Source of the DNA: Balanoglossus misakiensis
Taxonomy: Eukaryota > Animalia > Hemichordata
Length of the DNA stretch: 64,000 nt
Assembly: GCA_040954595.2 (NCBI GenBank)
Contig: CM082580.2
Coordinates: 11,794,909-11,858,908 of the forward strand
Direction: 5' to 3'
Positions within the stretch are counted from its first letter, which is position 1; each line of letters opens with the position of its first letter. A program made the position numbers and the translations under genes. Below, piece after piece: positions 1-16,011 of this stretch. Under the pieces are notes generated by a model that was not told the origin of the DNA, did not search any database, and saw nothing but the letters and a program-made list of their open reading frames with translations.

Positions 1-420
1 TGGGGTGACTTTTGGCCGGATGTATATTTCAGCCACCCCTCCCCCCGCCCTGAGTTCAGCCGAGGTCGCGTCATAGGCCACTGTCACTCCTGGAGTGACC
101 GGGTGTTTATGTCAAGTTCACAGTACATTTCATCAATGTATCCGGCAGATCTGAGCAACCCCGACATCACGACGATCGCCTTCGTGTAGATCTGTAGGTC
201 TGTATATACATTCCAGCGTGGCAAGCTAGGATGCTGATCAAAACACGGCTACCCTGACGATGGACGCACCACACTAGGACGTAGCTACCAACAATTAAAC
301 ATTGCAACATGCGGTGTTGTGTGCATATGATGTGAAATTTACAAGCTATTGAGAACTTTTCTCGCAATGTTTTATATTTTTGTTTCTGTACCACAGAATG
401 ACAGACAGTTAATGAAGTGA

Positions 421-5023
<4,603 letters not shown>

Positions 5024-5783
5024 GGGAACATACGGTATTCTTTTAAACAAGTATTTCAATGCAGGTTTATTAACTGAACAGTTCGCCACCAAGATACAAA
5101 TATAAGAGAGCTTATCTACTTAATCTAAAATCTAATCCATGATTTTACAAGGCAGAGAACTCGCGTCTGACAATACCATTTGCATAGGTGTACAATGCTC
5201 AACCTCTAGATAAAAAGCTGCCACTTTACTTTGCTTAGCCTAGCTAGGGGGGCCTGTACATGTGCTTACTTTGACAATGAATGTAAAATGCTGATTATTT
5301 TCATTGTAATACCCAGACATTTGCCGATTAAAGTAAAGAAAAGTGAATTTATAAACGGACTAGTTGTAATCATTGACCCTGTTATTTGGATTTCACTCTA
5401 TCTTTATGGATCAGTGGCCTAATCACAGCTCGGGCGAGTTGAAAGATCATCATCACTTCGGACAGTTTTCCTCTAGTATTCAGTACAAATACATCAGATT
5501 AACACTACACTAAGAAGAACATCGCCTGTATGCAGTACATGTAATTTAAAATTCAAACTTGTATTTTAAAAAGTTGACTATGAAAAAGAGTACTGCACAA
5601 AGTCGTCACAAAAAATCTCTTTCTGAAAAAAAAGTATTTTTATCTGCAATTAGCAGGAAAAGAAGTATGTAATTCTCATAAAAAATTGAGTCAGAAATTT
5701 TCCCTTTAAATGGAAAGCAACAAAACATTTTATACGGCAGAATATTTTAGGTCTAGTCTAATGTAACTTACAAACATTTACTG

Positions 5784-6034
5784 AGATGGTGGTATCCATG
5801 GCCACGTAACTTTAAAAATATATTTACAGAAACTGTTGGGAATGTAGTTTATGCTAACTCAATCCACTATCAGTTTAGCGGAGTACAATTGCACATCTCC
5901 AGGGGTTGTATGTTCACCACAACACTGTCCCTAACTGATGGATGGGATATGTCTGACACCAAACTGATAGTGGGTCGCATGGGTATATAAACATTTTCTT
6001 TTAAGTTTCCGTAAATATATTGCAACCACCATCT
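5784..6034. repeat. Degenerate long inverted repeat (foldback) between the convergent MLH1 and SARNP 3' ends
   Basis: Three nested complementary blocks: AGATGGTGGT (5784) / ACCACCATCT (6025); ATATATTTACAGAAACT / AGTTTCCGTAAATATAT; CCACTATCAGTTT (5864) / AAACTGATAGTGG (5961). Confidence 0.75.
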
Positions 6035-6250
6035 GAATAAAACTACCCCAGTGACAGCAAAGTTAACTGATGTATTTCCTTGGAAGTATGTATTTACAGT
6101 CTGTGATGGAATAAGTTGACAGCCTTGAATGAAAGAAAATCATGTGACTGTCTTTTGACCAAAAGCAGCTGAGCAACACACGTCATGTGTCATCTTCATC
6201 CAATAGAAATCCACCATCCTGAGAATGTCTTGAGATATAGGAAAACTCTG

Positions 6251-9109
6251 CTACATTCCAAATCTCTCTGCTCTTTTCTGTTTCTTGAGCTGGAAGGAAA
6301 TGACAGCAAATATACAAATGAATGATTTGCAATTCACAAAATACTCCAAAATTGGTCAATTGGAAAGTGGTACAGCCCACTCAATTTCCTGCATGAAGCC
6401 ACACCCTCTCATAATAGACTTGCCCAAACCAAAATGACATATGTATGACTTACGTCTGCATCACTCGGATTAAGTGAAGTGACTGTTTTAGCAGTCGTCG
6501 TCGTAGTAGTAGTAGTAGTAGTTGAGCCGCCAAATCTTTCAAGTCTTCTCTTCTTCCTTTCCACTTCCTCAAGCTGTAAAGACACCAACCATGAAAGTTA
6601 CTTGCGGCGCGACGCGTTGGGAGGTGAAGACGGCCTCAGACGTAGGAGGCAAATATTCATAAGTGGGTAATGAAACTGACAAGTGGCTGGTGATGATCTA
6701 GATGCCACTGACACTGCATCACAACTAATGCATGCTTATGATGTGTGAATGATCACAGTCGACTTCTCTGGATACTCACCTTCACAGCTGTTGCTGACAC
6801 TGACTCTCCAAACCTTTCTGCTCTTTTCCTGATTCTGGACAGATCAGCTGACTGGAAGATTGAACAAATGTATTTGACAAAACAAGATTTAGTAATTATA
6901 CAAAATTTAGTCATCATTCCTGACATATAGTCTCTTGTTTAGGTGGAAATGTTGATTATTTGGTATTAAAACAAAATTAACATGACCTTTTTTGTTTAAA
7001 AAAAATTGAGGTCAAAATTGACATAGTACTCACTGAAACGGGCGTCGACCCAGCTTTGATGGAGGAAGTCTTTGACTGGCTATCTTCAACTCCAAACCTA
7101 AACAAGAAATCAGAGGGATTAGTCAGTGGGTAAATCTTTCCTATAGATGGATATTACATGATACATGTACTGCAATATAATTCTTGTTCTGTAGACAAAA
7201 TCGTGAATAAGGACATACTGATTCTTAAAATGTTCTTACAACAAATGCCATCAACCAAACAAATTGTCCCTAAAGATGGTACTTGTATTGGTGATGTCAA
7301 CTAACCTTGCAGCCCTGGCAGCCTTTTTGGCATCCACAGATGCTGGGGCTCCAAATCTGGCAGCTCGTCTTGCTATTTTCTGGAAAAAGGTAAATGACAA
7401 GAACCCATAACTTTTATGACTTGAACATTCCACTACAGATGTGTACTTGATCCACAATCTAAAAGAACTGTGTCGCAATGTCAAGGATGGCGCTGTTTAG
7501 TGTTTATATCAATGACTTACCTCAGCCTCTGTTAGTCCTTCCCCGGAGGAAAGTGAGGGTGGTGGGTCTTTGGCAGTCGGTGATGTAACAGGTTTAGTGG
7601 TAACAACACCCAACTTAATCACAGTCTCTTCCTTCGGGCTAAGGCTGGCTTTTGGGTTTTCTTCTGTTTCTTCTTTTGGTTTTATTTCAATCTCCTCCTC
7701 TTCCTCCTCCTCATCTTCTTCTTCTTCCTGTCACAAATTAAGGGAAAAAAGTTATAAAATTGAGTATTTCATCAATCAACAGCTACAAGAGTATGAGTCG
7801 CCTTATTGTGAGGACAAGAAAACAGTTGGCAGCTGCCATGATTATCACTGACCTCATCAGGTGCTAAAACATCTTCTTCATCTTCTGTTGTACCTGGTAA
7901 AGATATAAATACAGGGTTTCAAATTTATGTATGCATGCTAAATTTGTGCTTTATACTGTTATGAATCACCATTTAGTGAAAATCAGACACAGTATTGACT
8001 AATCAGCACAATGCTTGGCACCATTTGGTACATGTACATCAGAATCTAGATAGATGAACACTAAACACATAAATCATTTACCTGCTCCTAGTGTGGTTAT
8101 GTCACCTGTAAAACCAAATAAAAAGAACTGTCACGGTCATGCACATTATTTGTAGCTACATGCAGCTTTACATATATAAAAGTGTTTTAATTTTAATCTG
8201 CTCCATGCACAGTTGTGATGAAAACCTCTAGACAACAAGTATTTAGTGCTGTCATAGTTAAGAAAAATCTTCTGTTGTGGATTTGTAAGTTTTCAACCGT
8301 GTGCGCCGTACAACACTAACGGCTGGGTCTGAATTAATTCCAGTACTACACTGTTGCCCATCACAGTTACTTTCAGCTTTGAACTAAGCCATGAAAGCAA
8401 TGACTTCAGTCTCTGTATACCACAGGCATTTTGCATCTAGGGTCATCACTCACCATTAGCCCCTGTGTGTTCTTGAAGTCGTTCTAAAAGATCTGATTTG
8501 TTTCCTTTGGAGTCTAATCCCTTGTCTTGAAGGAGCTTTCTTAGTTCTGCAACCTGGATGAAAAAAAGTACATTTTCCAATTCGATCAGTTCGGCTTCGT
8601 GGTTATTGATTTGAGTTGAGGGCCTGTGGCATCACATACATGTACTAGTACTACTGAACCATCAATAGAGTGTAACAATGTAATGTACTACAATGTATTG
8701 TTATCCGATCGACAACAATACTTTGAGCTTTGCGTTGTTGCTTCTGCTTTCATGAAAGCAGTTTCTACTACAAATGCACAAGCCAGTTTACATATGTAAT
8801 TCTGCTCTTATCAACGCGCTGAAGGTTGAGATGCACTCTCATTCGTCAACGACCGAAGGAAGCCCGAAAAGCAACCGGCCGCGTACCCGGCGGGCTCAAC
8901 GTGCATTGCCTATGTCAGGTGCAGTGCTGTTGGTTGAGTTTTCCACCTGTCTGTGCGAAATTCTCAACGTCACTTTACCACAGACACGCGAGAAAAGGGA
9001 CACATTCATGCAGTTATAAATTGCCTTCGAACAGTCAATCATACTCCTCAATTTACGACGCATTCCGTACGGATACCTTTAGTTTCTTCAGATCCACGAG
9101 TTCCGCCAT
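6251..9109 (-). CDS. SARNP: SAP domain-containing ribonucleoprotein (SARNP/CIP29/Tho1 homolog), multi-exon
   Basis: Exon 1 MAELVDLKKLK (9109-9077); exon 2 SAP domain VAELRKLLQDKGLDSKGNKSDLLERLQEH; acidic middle region; repeated RAARFG/RAERFG motifs; last exon LKKQKRAERFGM* (TAG at 6253-6251). Confidence 0.93.
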
Positions 9110-9138
9110 ATTTGTTAGTGTGCGTTCCCGGATACAAA

Positions 9139-9164
9139 ACCTTTGACCTTTGATGAGGGCGCAC
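9139..9164 (-). promoter_or_regulatory. Putative SARNP core-promoter motifs (DR1-like ACCTTTGACCT plus TGAGGGCGCAC)
   Basis: Lie 30-55 bp upstream of the SARNP ATG; the same two motifs recur upstream of the ankyrin gene (49733, 49909). Confidence 0.4.
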
Positions 9165-9646
9165 GTGTGTGGCACTGACGAAAACAAGCGACAAACAAAC
9201 ACACCATAGGAGAAATCATTTCTCATTCATCTACACTGGTGCATTCATTGATGCAACTGACAATAAACTTGTGTAGATTTTACTTATTTATTCAGTATGT
9301 TCTGCTGTGCAACATGATGTACATTATGACAGCATTCAAATATTGTCAGCACACGAAAGAATACATTGTTGAACAGAATTTCAAAATAGCTGCAGTGCGG
9401 ACTGCTGATCATCAGCACCAATAGTAACATGCAAGATTGACTTGCTAGTAGTCAGAAAGATGAGGCATTTGAGTACTCAGAGTCTAACAGACAGTTACAC
9501 CAACATTATCCTGAATAAACTGGAAATTGATGCAATATCGCACAAAGTATAATTTGCATATATTTACATAATTTCTGATTCTTTAGTGTCCATTACTGAC
9601 TCAATGTAAATATTTTTTAATGATTTAAATTGTGAGATCTAAATCG

Positions 9647-12600
9647 TCATGTAGTCTTTATCTTTGTCAGTGTAGCTGCTCTCTTCTCTGTATTCTGAAA
9701 CAATGCACGGATCAGATTTCTCACTTCGTTGGCAGTCATGGCATGGGCCAGTGGTCCCTGTAAACAAACAAACAGACATGAATCAATGTTGTATAGGAAA
9801 TACCAAGAGTTGTGGGTTTACAATGGAAACCTCGCACATAGTTCTAGCTCAAGATGAATGTGAGGGTTAGCCTAGTGTTAGCACTGTTCTAGCTAAAGAC
9901 TTGCAAGACAGAAAAGGACCCTTCAGTACTGATAAAGCTATAAGGTCTAACTTTTCTGAGCACTGTCCATCATTACCTTTCCATCAGTCCACAGATCTAA
10001 AATCTCCTGGAGATTAGCTTCCAAGACAGTGATCAGTTCTGTAAATTTTGTCCACTGACTAACATGAATCGGCATGGCAACTTTCTCCTGTAATTAATAC
10101 ACAGAGTCATGATACAAATGGATGTCTAAAGACTGAACAGTTTTACCATTAACTAATAAGCGAATAAAGTATATTTGTAGACATGCATGGGATTAATATC
10201 CTATAATGTTATTATGAGATGACAAACCCTGACGACAGACTAACCTCTGAATCACTGCGTTTCAGGAGCGGCGGTATTTTCTCAATTACGAGTTCCATTA
10301 ATGACGCCAAACCACTGGCATCTTCCACTGAAATATCCTATAGAGATCAGACCAAGGCAATCCAAAAGTGAGTCTACAAGTTTCTGACACGTTTATGACA
10401 AGTTTCTTATAAGTTGTAGTCTTCATTTTTTCTGATGACAGAAATAACATCAAGATAATGAACTGTACACTTTCATGTTTCAATACATACCTCCAGGGCC
10501 ATAATCTTGTCAATCATATCCTGCAACAATGTATTAATGAGAGCTGACATGGCTTTCTCGTAAACTGATGAAGGAAGCACATCTCTCCACACTGTGCTGA
10601 GGTGATTCAACTGATGCAGAACCTAATGATTATAGAGAGACAATTAATCAAATGAGATTGTGTAATTTCTGATGAAGGAATGGGCATTTTCGGTCACTAC
10701 ATGCATTTTCTCTGGTCTAGATATCTCCATAATAAATGTGTTCAGACTGGACAGTATCTACTGGTATATTACTATGACTGGTCAAAAATGTACATGTAGC
10801 AATTTGCAAGCATCTGCTAGTTCCCTGTAAGTGCGACATGAACAAAATGAATATTGAAGAAAAAAAGAACACCAGTCCCTCCCAAACAACTGGCAGAAGT
10901 TGCACAAATTCCATAAAGACACTCGCCTGTTTGACAGCTCTTGTTGACCTCTCCCTGTTCTCAGCATCTTCAAGAAGAGTAAAACCAGAAGCTCCAGAAA
11001 GACTCTCTAACAACTGGGATCGCTGTGTTCTCTGAGATAGTGAAGTGGTCGAATAAAAAGGCTAGTCATTTTATGGCAGTAAAGCGAACATGTTATTAGT
11101 CACTGCAGAAATATCAACACAATAAAAAAGTTTCAATGTACTAGTCTGACAGCTTTGAAAATGAGATACAGAAAATGAACTACATAGATATACTGTACCC
11201 ACAATCCTAGGACCTGTGTAAGTTACTCTCTACGTCTCTAGGTGTTAACTTTCAATTTGACATCTGACAAGAGCAGACTTACCATCTGAGTCATGAAGCA
11301 TTCTGACGCTAACCTCCTGTAGATAGGCACCAAGTCAATCATTGTAGCAGGGCCCTCGGACAACGGGAATGGGAGTTGACTCTTATACTGATGCCCCAGC
11401 GTCAGCATATGATGGGCTATGTACATACAGTTGTTGTGATGCAAAGCAGACAACTGAGGCAGCTGATGCTGAATGGGTTGGAAATTGAAAATTATTTCAG
11501 AATAGGGAGTCACTGCACCAAAACTTTTTACTCAGTACACACATTTATATTCTCAAGGTAAGAAACACGTCTCAAGATCATGTGAAAGATTATGTCTTTT
11601 GCAATCTTACCAGACTTTGTTTATGATAGGTTGGAACCACTTCACAGAACAACTCCAACATGTTTCTAACTGAGTAGAACAACTGCACAGCACTGAAAGA
11701 TAAAAATTGAATCACACAAAATCATGATGTATACCTGAGCTTTATTTCTCCTTTTACAAATTTATAGACTTTACATCTTTGCCTTGCATTATTCCGGGAA
11801 TTCCAAACTGAATGCCAATCTGGCATCATCTACTCACCACTGTGTGGAGCTTGTGACAGATTCTTGCAAAGTCTCATAGCATAACTTCATAAGTCTGTGA
11901 ACTGATTCACTGATTTTACACTGGGGAAATCTGAGGGTACCATCACTTAGGATGTCTTTATCAGCTATGGCAGTCTGTAAAAAAAATTACAAACAACTTT
12001 AATAATTAGGATGAGACAAAAGGAACCTTGTGAAACATAGCATAGAGATGGTTTTACCCTCTGAACCTGGCTGGGAAGAAAATGTCCACAAGGGCAATAG
12101 ACCACTCCATAGTTACATGATTCCAACTTTTCTCAGCCAGACTCCCTAGCCATTCCCCCATTCTGACTCCCTAGGTGTATCATATTACCTTCTCATCTCT
12201 TGTATCTGTATCTGCAAGTTTGGCGAGTTTTTCAGCTGGGTCGTCATCACCAACATCTACAGTATTGTGAAGCTCTGAAGTCATCAACTTCCTGGCTTTA
12301 ACCATCAGGTCTTGACACTGCATGAGTACATAAAATAACGTATGGTAAGATTTCCTTTCTTGAAATCAGCATGGACAGATAAACATTTAGAATGAAACAT
12401 TAAACAAACAAACATTGGTACGTAAGTACCTACGTACGTACGTACGTACGTACAAACATACAATCATGAGGAATCAGACAAAAACATTTTCTCACCTTCT
12501 TGTTTGCAAAATGAACATTGACATTCTTTGCATATGTGAGCAGAGGGGAGGTGTCTTCTCTTTGTAAACCTGAAAAATAACAGTACATTCAGATCAAACA

Positions 12601-15496
12601 GACCACAATTCGATCACATTAGAGATCGAATGTGTTCGCTTATCAGATTAACCACAGTTCGAACAAAGTAAAATCTGTGTTAACACACACTCACCCCACT
12701 TCACAAGTGTCTTTTCAAAATCTTCCGTAGCTTGGATAACTTCCATGTAACTTTCCAGCTGTAGGGAAGAGACAGAAAGTCAGATAAATGAGAGAATTGA
12801 TCCATGTCCTTAGCTTAAACTACCAGATTATGTTACATTTCAAAACAAAATGGAGTCAAACACCAGCTCTCCTGAATCCCGAATACCCCTTCCCAGCATG
12901 CAGTTCTACTTACCTGTTCACTTGATGTTGGTATTGAATGAACCAGGCAGTGGTTGATGATATATTGTGATAAATCCTTCCAGATCATATCACCTGTGAC
13001 AAAAGACAAAACAATCTCTGAAAATGGAATCTTTTGGAACATGTGTCAACGGTTTCTACCTGATCTGCAGCAAGTGTTTTTATAAGAATCATAGTTTGTT
13101 ATCAGGTAGATTGTTACATATTGTTGGATAGATTATAAGGTATTAGATAAGGCCTGATATATGAGTATTACTTCTCTCTATACTGATGGACCCACAGACA
13201 CAGAGAAATGAGGATATCAAACTACCAATAGACAGGCAACCTACCAAATAACCTCATCAGGGAGATCTCTTCACCAGTTTGCTTGTCTTCCAATGTTATA
13301 CCGAAGAGTTGCTTGTGGAGTTTCTCCAATATTGATAAGATGTGTTTGTACAGCAACTGAGGTGTGATGTGTTTCGATTGATTTGGATTTCTGGTCAAAC
13401 GGATGGTGATATTCTGTTGGGAACAAAACGACACAAAAAAATAAGTCAGCCATGATACACACTATGCTATCTGGGTCTCGAGTGCAGTTGACAGAAAACA
13501 AAATATGGTCAAAAAATGAGAAACATACCTGGTATGTAGATTCAAATGTTGGTTCCAGACCGTTCACCAATATCATGTGTTTAAACAGATTTTCAACAAC
13601 TTTCTTGCCTGGTTTACAAATAAAAACAATTGTCAACAACTGACTGCTGGTCATTCTCACAACAGTGCTTTAACAACTGCCAACTTGGTGACATGAACTA
13701 CAAGCAAAACATGTACATGTACAACACTCAAAACTTTCACCCCCAGAGGTTCAACTTCACATCAATATGTACTCACCAAATGCCTGTAATCTGTTGTTTA
13801 ATATCTTGGCTGCATACATAGCTCGAATAATATCCTCCACTTTACTTCCCCGGGCTGTAAACGAATTTGTCAGTTATCATATTAGGGCCAGTATCTCCTT
13901 CAGTATTTTAATTTGTGTATCAACTACAACTTCTTGTCTCCCCCCATAGTATACCAAAATAGAAAACAAAAAAATCTTACAAAAACTTAGCTGCGTTGTC
14001 AAAATAGCCTCTACATTGTCTGCATCTCTCACTGCGGGTATTTTCCACACGACTGCCGCAGACCACGCGTCAATCAAGGATTGGATCAGTGTCTCTTGGT
14101 TCACTCTCAGTTCAGTCTTGCAAAGATAGACGGAAAGAATGACAGTTGTCACAAACAAGACTCCAATAACTCTTACTCTCAGGTGAGTGATTGTCCCAGA
14201 TTGTCACACACATCCAAAAGTGAAATGTGTTCATGACGAAGCTCATTATAAATCACGGCAAAGATTGAATGACACGCTATATGACATGACAAATACCTTC
14301 AGTGCCTTCATAATCTTCATTTCACACACTTTTCCTCTGCTAAGTATCTTCATTTGCTCTTGCTGAAAAAAAAATACACAAGAAAATAACTTTCGGTGGC
14401 CTTCACTACTGGTTGATGGTATCAAGGTAAGTCACAGTTTTGGCCGTATCATGGACTATAATATGACTCCCTTTGTAATCAAACTAACCTGTAATCCACA
14501 TTGATAAATTGTACCCTCAATAATTGCAGTATTCACAATGGATCGCATGACTGCTAGAATGATAAGCATGGTAGCAAGGGACAACAGTTTAGACAAAATT
14601 CAACTTGAATACTCACAATGGTTTCCAGCAGATCACAGGCAGTCATATACTCATTGTTGCTCAATGCCATGGAAAAATTCTGCAATGATTCATTCACCTG
14701 CAACAAACAAAACAGAAGGATCGAGACCTTCAAGAAACTGATGCATAACCTACACACATCTTTCACTACACTGAGTAAGGTGAAATAGTGGCTACAACCC
14801 TGTTGTCAATGTACTCCACACATACGTACGTCCTTCACAGAACTTTCAATATTTCACACAACATACATCTTACCTTACACAGAACCTTCAAAGTGTCAAT
14901 GATGGCATTTGTCCGCCCCAGCTGACTGGACAAATCATGAAAGTCATGGGTTGAACTACTGATCTGACTGCTGACGTCATTCTGAAAACAAGAAGACATG
15001 CAGCAGTTTGATCATGTTGAAAAACGTACAGATACAAAGCTATACTACAGACTGCTACATGTGAGGTGCATTCTTGGTCATCAGAATACTATTAACTTTC
15101 TGTACATTTCACGCTACCTGTATTTTGCTAGTCAGTGATGTCATCTCCTTGGAGATTGACTCCACTTTACTATGCAAATCTATGGTTGATACAAAGCTGG
15201 GATTGAAGTCTCTGTACTTCTGTAGGATACAAGAATTCAAATCGCACTTCACTGAGTCAACCTTATCACTGATCTTGCTCATTCTTGTTGTGAGATCTTC
15301 TTTTTCCAGGCCACCTGAAATATACATGTGCATGGTGTAACTGAGGGGAGTGATGATGCAAATTGGTCACCATGGCAACCCTTGCACACTTAACATTCAC
15401 CAAAATTTCAATAACCCTTTCTGCGATTAAATTTCGATGAAATTTAGTCAGATATTTACCCGAGGTGGCCAGGACTTCTGCTACGAGTGAAGCCAT
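9647..15496 (-). CDS. ZW10: Centromere/kinetochore protein ZW10, multi-exon
   Basis: N-terminus [31 protein letters not shown]; internal [24 protein letters not shown] and [26 protein letters not shown]; C-terminus [36 protein letters not shown] (TGA at 9649-9647). All match ZW10 family motifs. Confidence 0.97.
12431..12453. repeat. (TACG)n self-complementary microsatellite in a ZW10 intron
   Basis: tacgtacgtacgtacgtacgtac read directly. Confidence 0.9.
15366..15379. promoter_or_regulatory. RFX X-box-like motif in ZW10 intron 1
   Basis: GTCACCATGGCAAC closely matches the X-box consensus GTYRCCATGGYAAC. Confidence 0.4.
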
Positions 15497-15519
15497 ATTG
15501 TACCCAGCTTCCGTATTCC

Positions 15520-15975
15520 TAGTCTCGGTTACCCAGACGCCTTTGCTCTTCCGATGCTCTCCAGAAAAGGGTCTGGGGAAATGCTATTGAAAGCTTTGTA
15601 AAACAAAATGGCCGATGTCAGGATTTTGATCATCGCCTGATTGGCTGAGCTGTCAGTATGACCCGGGTCACTGCAATAGTTTCGACAATCGTCTACCAAA
15701 GATATTTCATATAATTTCTCCAACAATGCTAAAAGAGGACGCCTTTTGCATTTCGCATCAACCAACAAGTACCGGTCTCTTGATATGAAGATACGACAAA
15801 TAATCACACATTGTCGAGAGTCAGTGACCCGGGTCATACTGACAGCTCAGCCAATCAGGCGATGATCAAAATCCTGACATCGGCCATTTTGTTTTACAAA
15901 GCTTTCAATAGCATTTCCCCAGACCCTTTTCTGGAGAGCATCGGAAGAGCAAAGGCGTCTGGGTAACCGAGACTA
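15520..15975. mobile_element. Non-autonomous foldback/MITE DNA transposon, Mutator (MULE)-like
   Basis: 154-bp terminal inverted repeats (15520-15673, 15822-15975; TAGTCTCGG...CCGAGACTA) that look perfect by eye; 148-bp spacer; exact 9-bp target-site duplication CCGTATTCC (15511-15519 and 15976-15984); no transposase ORF. Confidence 0.93.
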
Positions 15976-15999
15976 CCGTATTCCAAGTCTGCCGCCGTG

Positions 16000-16011
16000 T
16001 CCCACAATGCA
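16000..16011 (+). promoter_or_regulatory. ZNF143/Staf (SBS)-like motif of the original ZW10 promoter
   Basis: TCCCACAATGCA fits the Staf core YCCCANNATGCA; ETS-like CTTCCG motifs lie near 15508 and 16017. Confidence 0.5.

Noticed and set aside
6630-6725. Possible C/D-box snoRNA in a SARNP intron (minus-strand GTGATGC...CTGA)
   Set aside because: Box C is imperfect, there is no terminal stem, and I see no convincing rRNA antisense element.
9068-9076. SARNP intron 1 donor GTATCCGT resembling a U12 donor
   Set aside because: It mismatches GTATCCTT and no TCCTTAAC branch point is visible near the acceptor.
15529-15837. 102-aa ORF inside the foldback element
   Set aside because: No transposase or other recognisable motif, and it runs largely through the TIR.
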